Assembly (NCBI GenBank): GCA_001179505.1
Contig: CDMY01000484.1
Span: 4,078-68,077, forward strand
From: Vitrella brassicaformis CCMP3155
Taxonomy: Eukaryota; Protista; Chromerida
Length of the DNA: 64,000 bases
Direction of reading: 5' to 3'
The notes beneath the pieces were generated by a model. It worked only from the letters and a program-made list of their open reading frames with translations, ran no database searches and was not told the origin of the DNA. Position 1 is the first letter of the stretch. Every line of letters begins with the position of its first letter. Positions 49,580 to 58,492 of this stretch are shown here, piece after piece. The translations under genes and the position numbers were made by a program.

Positions 49580-51350
49580 TTAAAATTCTTTACTTCGTGT
49601 TGCTGTCTCTTCAAATGTAATATGACCATATACTGCTTTTTTTAACTCGTCTATCTGTGCCTGTTGCTGTTGGACACATTTTATTAAAAATGGTATAAGC
49701 GACATATATGATATACTTTTGCTTCCTTCTTCTCCATGCACTATGTCAGGTATTATTTTTTCTACCTCCTGTGCGATTAAACCATACTGCTTTTTTTCGT
49801 TAGGATGTTCCCGTAAATCATATGAAACAGGGTTTAAGTTAAACATTTTGTTGTAAATTAATAAGGGTTCAATGTTTGTTTTTAAACTTATATCGCTATG
49901 AGTTTGATAAGATTCTGCTTGCACTTTTCTATTAACCATTAAATGAGTGCCTCCCGCACCACCAGATAAATTAGCATCTGCGTGCTGATTTTCATAACCA
50001 ATTAAGCACCTAAATAAATCACTTTCCCATCTACACCTCATATGGAGACCTCTGGTGACCGCATCATCAGTATAACTACATGCTAAACTTATACAATATG
50101 CTGTGCCTATTCGCCTACCTGCCATATGTCCAATGGATACATTCGCTCTTGAACCAGCATACGCACCTTGTCCTATTGCTATGCAGTCCTGACTTTCTGA
50201 TTGTGCACTTCGTCTTATTGCTATATCCTCCCAAAAACCATACGTACTTGCTGGTGTTTTATTGGTTGCTCCTAAACCAATTGCTATTTGTTCGGTATTT
50301 TTCTGGACAAAACCCGATGTATCAGGGATAGATACATTTGAGTTTAATACATCGCTTATTGCTGTGTTATGTAAGTAAAGTTGTTTGCTGGATGGATTAC
50401 ACACACATAATCTATCAGTAGTTCCTGACCCAGAAGAAACCCCGAATATAACGCTATTAAAAGTTTTTTGTGCCGTAATAGTCTGTGTCGTGTTTGTCGT
50501 CATCATGTTGCTAATATTCACATTGGAATTCAGGCAGTCCGAGATTTTATAATTAGACCTCAATAAACTTAAATTATCAGTGCTATAAGCATATAAATAC
50601 CTATTCGCATCAGCATAACCAGAAGAATTTAACCTTAATTGTAAATTACTAAATGTTTTCTGTCCTGTAATATTCTGTGTCGTATCTGTTGTTGCCATAT
50701 TACTGATATTCACATTCTAATTTAGGCAGTCAGCGATTGTATGAGTGTATTTTAATATTCTACCATCACTGCTGGAAATACCAGCGATAGGGTGTGCAGT
50801 TGAATTTGTAGAATAAGCATTAGTCATAAATAAGTCTTGTGAAGACCAATTAACCCGACCACTAAATGTCTTCTGCCCCGTTATGGTCTCCGTGCCAGCG
50901 AGACTACAATAATCACCCAAGTCAATCGCATCCACATTGCCTTTCAATATTTCCCAGTCATTAATACTTTTATTTGATGGAATAAGACGATTGTTATTGT
51001 CAAAGACACAAAAATGGTTAGTAGGTTGTGGATTTTGTGGAGCATTTACAATTATATGCTCAAAAGTCTTTTCTCCTGTAATAGTCTGCGGATCTGCAAG
51101 ATGCATAAAGTCTCCAATTTTGTAGCTATTAATCGCTAATTGTCCGACTCCATTTAGTGAAAATAGATTATCAGTTTCGGCAGATGAATTAATACGATAA
51201 TTTACAAAAGAAATTGATGAATTGTTAAATGTTAAATCACTAAAAGATTATATCTTGTTCTCCTTGTTTTTTTTGATAAAAGTGGTGCTGTGTAAATCCT
51301 CACCGAGAGAAGAACCACCTGAAACGAATTGCTTACCCCACAGAGACGAA
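49580..51350 (-). pseudogene. Fibre/spike protein with TxTITGxKTF repeats and C-terminal Peptidase_S74 intramolecular chaperone; split by in-frame TAG (50717-50719) and TAA (51248-51250)
   Basis: S74 motifs SDISLKTNIEPL...LNPVSY...YGLIAQEVEKIIPDIV...ISYMSLIPFLIKCVQQQQAQIDELK. Repeats QTITGEKTF, ETITGQKTF, QNITGQKTF, QTITAQKTF. The two annotated ORFs are in the same frame. Start codon unresolved. Confidence 0.8.
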
Positions 51351-51372
51351 ATGGTTGATACACTATATTATA

Positions 51373-52456
51373 TTAAGAAAGAGATAAAATTAATTCATAT
51401 GGTGTATTCATTTTCAATGCTCTCCCTTTGTGATCCGCCCAAGATATACGAATTCTACTAACATTCATCGGATAATTAAATGTAATCTCGTTCTCACCAC
51501 GTCCAAAAACAATAGCAGACCACACATTATCAATCGGTATAATAAAAGATGAAAAAATACTACCATCTGCTGACATAGCATCATAACCACTTTGGTCATT
51601 AAACAACATTGTAAGAAAAATTGTTTTTACGGCAAGATTCACGGAGTTAGGAAGTTTCACACTTTTATTCCATGTTGTTGTCCCCTTGTTTTCAATAAAA
51701 TTAGCAGGTAATCCTATTAGTTCAGAATCAAAATTAAATGAGGGATGACGACCATTAATACGAAATGAATAATCATTTTCTGCGCATGCAACGAGAAAGG
51801 GACGTCTGCGCTGTCCACATGCAGCCGACGATGTGACTGCCGGAATCACAAGCGCCTCTGCACTAACTGTGTCTGTCTGCGTGGGGGAGGGAGGGGAGGG
51901 TTTGCGGGACTGGGGTGTGCTGATGGGGCGGGGATTGATCCCTCCTCCCCTTGAGCCTGTTTGACTCTGCGTGCTGATGGGACTGTATTTGTATGAGTAT
52001 CACGGACACACAGACGAGTGTTACGGTTAATGACAGTTTCTCCCCATAATCATTTTCTTCAACGAAAGTTAAACGATTAGTTAATTCATCTAATTCAATT
52101 TTTATATTTTCACTTCTTGAATCATCAGTAAATACTTCCTGACTTTTCAACTGAATCGCATTTTGAAGGTCTTTAAGACTATAAAACCCTTCATCTAATA
52201 CAATACGATAATCTTTCGCTATATTTTTATCTACATACGGGTTTTCTGACCATGGAGTTGAAACGACAGGCAAAGTAATAACAAGACAATCATTAACTCC
52301 CATTCGGATATTGAAAATACTATTTGGAATATTGTATAAAACTAATCTTACTTTTCTTACACCAGTATAAGCATGTTTCAGATTCAACACGAAATTAGAA
52401 CTATCTATATCTCTGTTCTCATCACGATGACTTGAACTAATATATAATAAACTCAT
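51373..52456 (-). pseudogene. Minor capsid (penton) protein interrupted by a 264-bp retrotransposon insertion
   Basis: N-terminus LLYISSSHRD...SSNFVLNLKHAYTGVRKVRLVLYNIPNS; C-terminus RIRISWADHKGRALKMNTPYELIL. Removing 51782-52058 restores ...TFVEENDYSFRINGRH... Confidence 0.82.
51782..52045 (+). mobile_element. Short derivative of a CRE-like non-LTR retrotransposon with 13-bp target-site duplication
   Basis: TSD ATAATCATTTTCT at 51769-51781 and 52046-52058. Positions 51872-52039 are the reverse complement of ~63647-63815 (one mismatch seen). GC-rich island in AT-rich DNA. Confidence 0.9.
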
Positions 52457-52468
52457 GACTATATGTTA

Positions 52469-52654
52469 TTAACGAAAACGTAGAAATAAAAATAAACCAA
52501 GTATTACCACACTTCCAAGAATCATGTAAAAAAAGAAACTACTTCCACCACTACTTTTAGTCTGTGTTCCTGATCCAACATTTCCCTCACCTTCGGGGTG
52601 TTCAGTTAGATTCGTCAATTCGTCTATAATATCCTGCGAGGGTTGTTCTGACAT
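52469..52654 (-). CDS. Small viral membrane protein (61 aa, C-terminal TM)
   Basis: FFFYMILGSVVILGLFLFLRFR; TATATA upstream. Confidence 0.7.
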   Translation of the reverse strand: MSEQPSQDIIDELTNLTEHPEGEGNVGSGTQTKSSGGSSFFFYMILGSVVILGLFLFLRFR

Positions 52655-52691
52655 TGTTGTATATAATTATATATAATAAAAAAATAATTAA

Positions 52692-53690
52692 TTATGGAAC
52701 GTCAGATAGTTTTTTTGTTGATTTGTAAATATTATTATTGGAATCAATACAGAGAATATTTAAATCAGTTCCTGTGGTTTCAGGAATATTGTTCAAGTCC
52801 AGACTTTTAGATATTTTAACATTTCCATCCGCCATTGCCCAAAACTCGTCGTAAGTCTTACATATAGCGTAATGTGTCCCGAGACCACCGATATAACTAT
52901 TATTCAATACAGAATTATCGCTTACTAAACGCCCGATATGTATTTTATCGTCTATTTTTGTATAATCAGGTAGTAATGTTGCTAAATCACCAATTATAGT
53001 GTTAAATATATTACCATCTACATAATGCCATATACGATTACTCGCTGTATCAAAACTTATGCCTTGTATATTATCTTCACCAATTTTCAACGGAGATACA
53101 GACCCTAAATTTACTACTCTGTGTTCTTCAAAAATATCATTTAGCTCTACAATAGGCAAGAAATCATTATAAATTCTTACATCTTCAATCAAGCATTCAT
53201 TATTATTCTGTGTGGATAATTCCAGTTGTCCTGCGTCGCCAGCGGAGTCAAAAAAATCATTATTAAAGGTTATTCTTTCGTTTTCTAATAGAAAATACTG
53301 ATCTTCAATATCTACAATCGCTTTATTTTCATCTATATACACAAAATTAATTTCTCCATTATCGCCGTTATAACTTAACCCCATGAAAAACCAATAATCT
53401 TTCGCTGTATTATGAGGAATATTACTTGCTGAATTATTAATTTGCTTACTCAAAGCACTATTTCCAGTCCTTAACCATATTCTTTTGTTATTATTATCTA
53501 CCATGAAACGACGCCAATTAAATGTGCTTCCAATATATGTTACTAATTCAATATTTCCACTTCTACTTTCAAGATGCTTAAACCATAAACACCAAGTTAG
53601 TTTTTTAGGAGAAGTATTATGAATATCTGCTTCTAATCCACGAGCAAAAACCACCTTCTCATTACGAGAAGCAGTTAGAGTAGCACCCAT
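52692..53690 (-). CDS. LamG/concanavalin-A-like domain protein; likely start MGATLTA
   Basis: KLTWCLWFK, WFFMGLSYNGDNGEINFVYID, LIEDVRIYNDFL match the Laminin_G_3 pattern. ATATATAT lies just before this ATG. Confidence 0.7.
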   Translation of the reverse strand: MGATLTASRNEKVVFARGLEADIHNTSPKKLTWCLWFKHLESRSGNIELVTYIGSTFNWRRFMVDNNNKRIWLRTGNSALSKQINNSASNIPHNTAKDYWFFMGLSYNGDNGEINFVYIDENKAIVDIEDQYFLLENERITFNNDFFDSAGDAGQLELSTQNNNECLIEDVRIYNDFLPIVELNDIFEEHRVVNLGSVSPLKIGEDNIQGISFDTASNRIWHYVDGNIFNTIIGDLATLLPDYTKIDDKIHIGRLVSDNSVLNNSYIGGLGTHYAICKTYDEFWAMADGNVKISKSLDLNNIPETTGTDLNILCIDSNNNIYKSTKKLSDVP

Positions 53691-53719
53691 TACGATATAT
53701 ATATTAAAATACATAAATT

Positions 53720-55188
53720 TTATGTTGCGACACTACCTCCTATGCGGTCAGTTACAGAATTTTCACTATCACCAAGGTTTGTAGCACCGCCATTATGAAT
53801 GAAATTATACCAGAAAAGTGGTTGCTTACTCATTCCTGATTGATTAATATTTATATCAGTTTTTACTCCGTTTCTATACAGACTACACACTACTAATTTA
53901 TTATCTTTAATGAATTCTACACGATTATCATTAGTGCCATAACATAACAATGCTTCTTTGCTTGTATCATCTAATGGTTTAAATCTAAATGCGAATGTAA
54001 CTAAATTAAAATTGACTAGTGGTAAATTACCGATTTCTATACATGAATTTGATGTATTATTTTTAAAATCTAATTCTCTATCATTTACAACATTAATAAT
54101 ATTCACAGGATAAGCAATAACTCCATCTCTCCATAAAACACTTAATTTCAATACACCATCTTCCACAGCATAGTTAGGCAACTGATTATACGAAAAATAA
54201 ATGTTTTCTAAATCATTAAGTGTTACATCAAAATTAACCACATTTTTATCTGATGTTAAACCTAATACTCTACTCTGTTTATCATCTCGTTCAGTTTCAA
54301 GATTTTCAAGGTCAGGCACCCGCCCTAGTCGTTCAACCCCATGCTCTAATCTTTGAAAATTAACTACCGAAGTATGGAGTCTCGTAGAGCAGTAAAAACT
54401 ACCTACATATGAATGATTAAGTAATGAATTACTAGAATTATGCCCGATTTCAATTTGGTTATTGACTGGTATTGTAGGAAAAGAATATGGTAAAGTAATT
54501 TTATTTACTACATCTTCTATTCCTTTATCCAACCGACTTGAATAGCAGTATAAATCATTATTATCCGCATCATAACTAATTCCAATAATATTTACTTCAT
54601 TCGCTAATAGACCAGTTTTTATTACTACTATCTGTGCGTCATCTCTATTCAATCTCACTTTTACTGCGTTGTTTTCCTTAAAAAAATTCAAACATATTGC
54701 CATAAGTAAATAACGCTTCTGCTAAATTTAAGTCAATCGGTTTGAAATAAAAAAACAAAAGTTATGGTTTTCTGTAAATGAAGTGGAAGATTAGAGCATA
54801 AAATATAATCTGGTGAAGTATCAGTGAAATCAATTAAATTATCAGGCGTTATAGGTTTAGATGTTGAAAACTTATTTAATGGATTTATGAAGTGAATAAT
54901 ATCATCTACTTTACCATTTCTAAATTTATCTTTCAGTATCAGTTTATCATCCATGATTTCTGTACCCGAAACAGAGCGAAATGAAGCACACAAAGCATCT
55001 ACTAATACGCCTGTTTTAAATGTCCTTTTTATTTCGTTATTTTCATCAATAATTGCTATATTATGTTTGTATTCGTCGTAATATTCTATCTCATCTCCTA
55101 TCTTAATACCTTGTAAATTTTTCTCTACAAACAGATTATCACACACAATATTATCAGCATCCAACCATTTACTTCTATGACGGGGCAT
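53720..55188 (-). pseudogene. Protein with two LamG-like repeats, broken by two +1 frameshifts in 7-nt homopolymers (54749-54755, 54680-54686)
   Basis: Removing one base from each run gives ITFVFYFKPIDLNLAEALFTYGNMFEFFKENN, which aligns with the internal repeat VTFAFRFKPLDDTSKEALLCYGTNDNRVEFIKDN. Start MPRHRSK at 55188. Confidence 0.7.
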
Positions 55189-55207
55189 AATGATATTATA
55201 TATTAAA

Positions 55208-55789
55208 TTAGATATTCTTATATTTTTCTGACAATTCTTTTGTTTTATTTTCACTCGGCGGATTAGTCATTAAATTAGATATCGCAATTTTTATTATTGA
55301 AAACATTATTAATCCTACTAATTTGACATGAGGCGACACTTGTATTAGTTGCAGATTCTCAACCAGTAATGTTCTTAACGCTACACTAATATTTGGGTCA
55401 TCATGCATTTCTTTTGCTAAACCATCAAGTTTTAACCAGTAAAAGCAGGTATTATTTTCTCTATAACTTTACCAAAATTATCAATAATATAGGTAGATGT
55501 ATCATTTACTGTATTGGTCGCTATATTTGCCGAAATTCTGCAATACTCTACTCTATCTTCAAGTTCTTCTTTACTTATATCTTTTTTCAGTTTTGGAAAC
55601 TCTTTATTTGGAAAAAGTAAGCAATAGCTGTCATATTTTGCTTTTAGCATGTCCATTTCTAATGCATCTTCAAGATTAAAAAGACCTCTCGTCTTCATTT
55701 ATTTTGAGCATATCTGACGTATCAACATCATCAGTTGATTTCTTAATATCTTCAATTACTTTATCAAGAGCTTTATTACTCCGTGGCAT
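55208..55789 (-). pseudogene. Viral protein resembling the NCLDV DUF5767-type family (KLDG...P..KL motif), two frameshifts
   Basis: MPRSNKALDK... joins FNLEDALEMD after removing one base at 55678-55682, and joins KLDGLAKEMHDD...SPHVKLVGLIMFS after a 1-nt deficit at ~55433. Family assignment is from memory of the motif only. Confidence 0.5.
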
Positions 55790-55864
55790 TCCTATATATT
55801 ATTGTATTTAAGTCTAATTTCACTAAGATTTTTTTTGCAAGATTTATATATACAATATTTAACA

Positions 55865-56137
55865 ATGTCAGATATTAATTTAAATCCACCTGTTCCTCCT
55901 CCTTTACCTAATATGAACGAAAATGAAAGCAATATTGATGATATGATACAGGCGTTAGGTGAAAAACTAAATGCAGAAAACAATGGTAATATCATAAAAA
56001 ATAAATCATTACTTTCACAACTTGACTTATCCTCTACAATAAGCACATCATTTGGAGTCATACTTGGAAGTATTATAACTATATATATACTCTACAACTT
56101 CTCCAAAAAAAATCATTTCAGTATCGCAGAATTTTAA
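55865..56137 (+). CDS. Small viral membrane protein (90 aa)
   Basis: MSDINLNPPVPPP...SFGVILGSIITIYILYNF; TATATA upstream. Confidence 0.65.
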   Translation: MSDINLNPPVPPPLPNMNENESNIDDMIQALGEKLNAENNGNIIKNKSLLSQLDLSSTISTSFGVILGSIITIYILYNFSKKNHFSIAEF

Positions 56138-56361
56138 ATTATATGCAACTTTGCTAATTGAATTTCTAATTGTTTCTGCTCTTTGACTAATTCATTATAT
56201 TTATTAATCAAAGTTGTGTAATTATTGAACAATTTATCATAGTCTTCTTTCATTTGCTGATAAGCAACATACTTTGAATATACCATTCTTTGTCTCTCTT
56301 TTTGATATTGCCTGTTTTTTTCAGCATCCCACTTTGGTTTCTTTTTATTATTATTATCCAT
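56134..56361 (-). CDS. Basic region + coiled-coil (bZIP-like) small protein (75 aa)
   Basis: KKKPKWDAEKNRQYQKERQR followed by L-x6-L-x6-L heptads. Confidence 0.65.
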   Translation of the reverse strand: MDNNNKKKPKWDAEKNRQYQKERQRMVYSKYVAYQQMKEDYDKLFNNYTTLINKYNELVKEQKQLEIQLAKLHII

Positions 56362-56395
56362 ATATTTATATATAAGAACTTATACTTCAATATAA

Positions 56396-56800
56396 ATGTT
56401 TTCTCCTGAATTCATAGAACTATTTAAGGAAAAGACCGAGAATTTGCAGAAGTTTATTAAAGAATATGTGTATGATAATATAGACAAAGAAAAGTTGGAT
56501 GAGTTTGTGGTTGGTGAATTACCTGATCAACTAAAAGAACATGCTAAACAGGAACTCAAACAATATCCTTATGATGAACTATTAGATATGAAAATAACTG
56601 ATGACTTTGTCAAAAAAAATGTAATGAGATGCCGTTTATTTTTAATGATTATATTTCAGCCTATTATCAAAGAAAACAAGTTAGAAGCATACATGGATAA
56701 AATACTAAATAATTTAGACGATAAAGGAGAAAATAAAGACTTTGTTATTAGTAATCTTTGTAAATATATATCCTTTTATTCAGATATTTGTTCAGGATGA
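56396..56800 (+). CDS. Hypothetical viral protein (134 aa)
   Basis: Intact ORF, divergent from 56361, sharing an AT-rich TATATA spacer. Confidence 0.7.
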   Translation: MFSPEFIELFKEKTENLQKFIKEYVYDNIDKEKLDEFVVGELPDQLKEHAKQELKQYPYDELLDMKITDDFVKKNVMRCRLFLMIIFQPIIKENKLEAYMDKILNNLDDKGENKDFVISNLCKYISFYSDICSG

Positions 56801-57123
56801 GTTGGAATCCGATAGACTGGGGTAAAGATATAGTATCAGGTAAAGCGCCACAACTGCCTGGAATGGGGGGTAGTCCAATAAGTGGTGGAGGAAGTGATAA
56901 TCCATTAGAAGATGGTGTGATGGGAGAAGTAATCAAAGAAATAAGAAAACTTATTGAACCTATTGTAAATAAGATATTAAGTCCTATCCAGAGTATTATA
57001 GATGATGTTATTTGTTTTTTTAATCAGATATGGGAACTTCTATTATCAATTTTGGGGTTCATATATATAGGTGCTTTACTTGCTTTTGCTGTTTATGCTT
57101 CCGCTTTTATTATAATTTTATAG
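56797..57123 (+). CDS. Viral membrane protein (108 aa, C-terminal TM)
   Basis: ATGA start/stop overlap with the preceding gene; LLLSILGFIYIGALLAFAVYASAFIIIL. Confidence 0.65.
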   Translation: MSWNPIDWGKDIVSGKAPQLPGMGGSPISGGGSDNPLEDGVMGEVIKEIRKLIEPIVNKILSPIQSIIDDVICFFNQIWELLLSILGFIYIGALLAFAVYASAFIIIL

Positions 57124-57139
57124 ATATATATTTAACAAA

Positions 57140-57387
57140 ATGGATCTCAGCCTTGGACTTGAAAATATGTTTAAAAGGGGCATTAGATGTCTTATTTGGT
57201 CAGTTTTTTAAATTATTAGATCAGTGGTATAGAGGAGCAATAAAAATATTAGAAACAATATTTGGCACAACTTTTCCAAAAGAAGTAAAAAGTAGGCAAG
57301 ATTTTACATTAAGTGTTATGACAACTGTTATTTTAGCTTTTGTGATTAAGACAAGTTTTCATTATCCGTATTCACGTCGGGCTATAA
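57140..57387 (+). pseudogene. Small hydrophobic viral protein, frameshifted near 57173-57176
   Basis: MDLSLGLENMFK continues as GALDVLFGQFFKLLDQWY...TVILAFVIK if one base is removed from AAAAGGGG. The 3' end is inferred from the TAATTA abutting the integrase stop. Confidence 0.4.
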
Positions 57388-58485
57388 TTAAAGTTCATCA
57401 TAATCTTCACGCCGTTTCTCTTTTCTTTCCGTTCTCAATCCAAAACCTTTTTGCTTGGCAAAAGCTCTGGTTCCCATTCGTTGAGGTTGTCTAGATTCAG
57501 TTATTCTCTGCTCTCGCTCTCGCCTCTCTTGCGTAGTAATTGGCATAGGTTGAACATTTCTCTCTACTCCCTCTGCATCTACTTTCAATAAATCAGCTCT
57601 CATATAAAACTTTCCATTTACTTTATACGGCATCATTGGCTTATTATCATTGACCTCCTGAATTTCAAATATTTCTTTTGAGAACGTAGGCTTAAATCCT
57701 CTGGTAAACACATTTTTTACTAATTTGATTCTTACTTTATCACCTTTACTTAATGGTATTTTAATATGCTCTCTGTGTGCTCTCTTAATAATATTCTTCA
57801 TGACTTCTTCCTGATTTTCCGCCTTGACAGCATTATTAGGTGCCATTTTAATTGTTGTATGATAAGATGAGTTATAGTTGTTTAATATATCATTTAATAT
57901 ACTGATCCAAGATTTTGAGTTTTTACTTTTCAGTGCTTTATTCATCATTAATTTAATCGTTCTGTGCCACCGTTCAACAAACACAGACTTACTTTTTGAA
58001 TTCAGTAATATAATATTATTCTGTCTACAATATTCGCTAAATTCACCTAAAAATTCACTGCCTAAATCTGAAAAAATATAATTTGGTTTACCAAGTTTTG
58101 TCTGTATGACTTTGAATGCTTCTACTATTGTTTTTGCCTGTTTATCTTCAATAGGCACAGCCCATGCTTTTTTAGTAAATACATCTATGCAAGTCAATAA
58201 TCCAATGTGTCCATTATTGAGACGAGGGTTAGGCAAAAAAACAAGGTCAATCTGGAATTCAAAGCGTTTGTGTGGAGCAATAAAACTAAATCCTTTTGCT
58301 CGTGTAACTTGAGTATAAGTTTGCTGTATCTCTTGACGACTTATAAACTCTTTCACATCTTTTAATGTTATACTGGCATCCTGCTGTTTTGCTTTACGAT
58401 GTAATTGCATAGCAGATTGAAAGCCTGTTGCAGGAGAGTAATAAATATCTCTTAATATTTTCTTTTGATTATCTGATAGTGGCAT
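57388..58485 (-). CDS. Retroviral-like (RVE) DDE integrase, Polinton type, intact (365 aa)
   Basis: YYSPATGFQS N-terminus; FQIDL, LTCIDVFTKKAWAVPI, SDLGSEF, VERWHRTIK, YNSSYHTTIKMAP, KGDKVRI, RGFKPTFSKEIFEI. All three DDE residues are present. Confidence 0.95.
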   Translation of the reverse strand: MPLSDNQKKILRDIYYSPATGFQSAMQLHRKAKQQDASITLKDVKEFISRQEIQQTYTQVTRAKGFSFIAPHKRFEFQIDLVFLPNPRLNNGHIGLLTCIDVFTKKAWAVPIEDKQAKTIVEAFKVIQTKLGKPNYIFSDLGSEFLGEFSEYCRQNNIILLNSKSKSVFVERWHRTIKLMMNKALKSKNSKSWISILNDILNNYNSSYHTTIKMAPNNAVKAENQEEVMKNIIKRAHREHIKIPLSKGDKVRIKLVKNVFTRGFKPTFSKEIFEIQEVNDNKPMMPYKVNGKFYMRADLLKVDAEGVERNVQPMPITTQERREREQRITESRQPQRMGTRAFAKQKGFGLRTERKEKRREDYDEL

Positions 58486-58492
58486 AATTATA

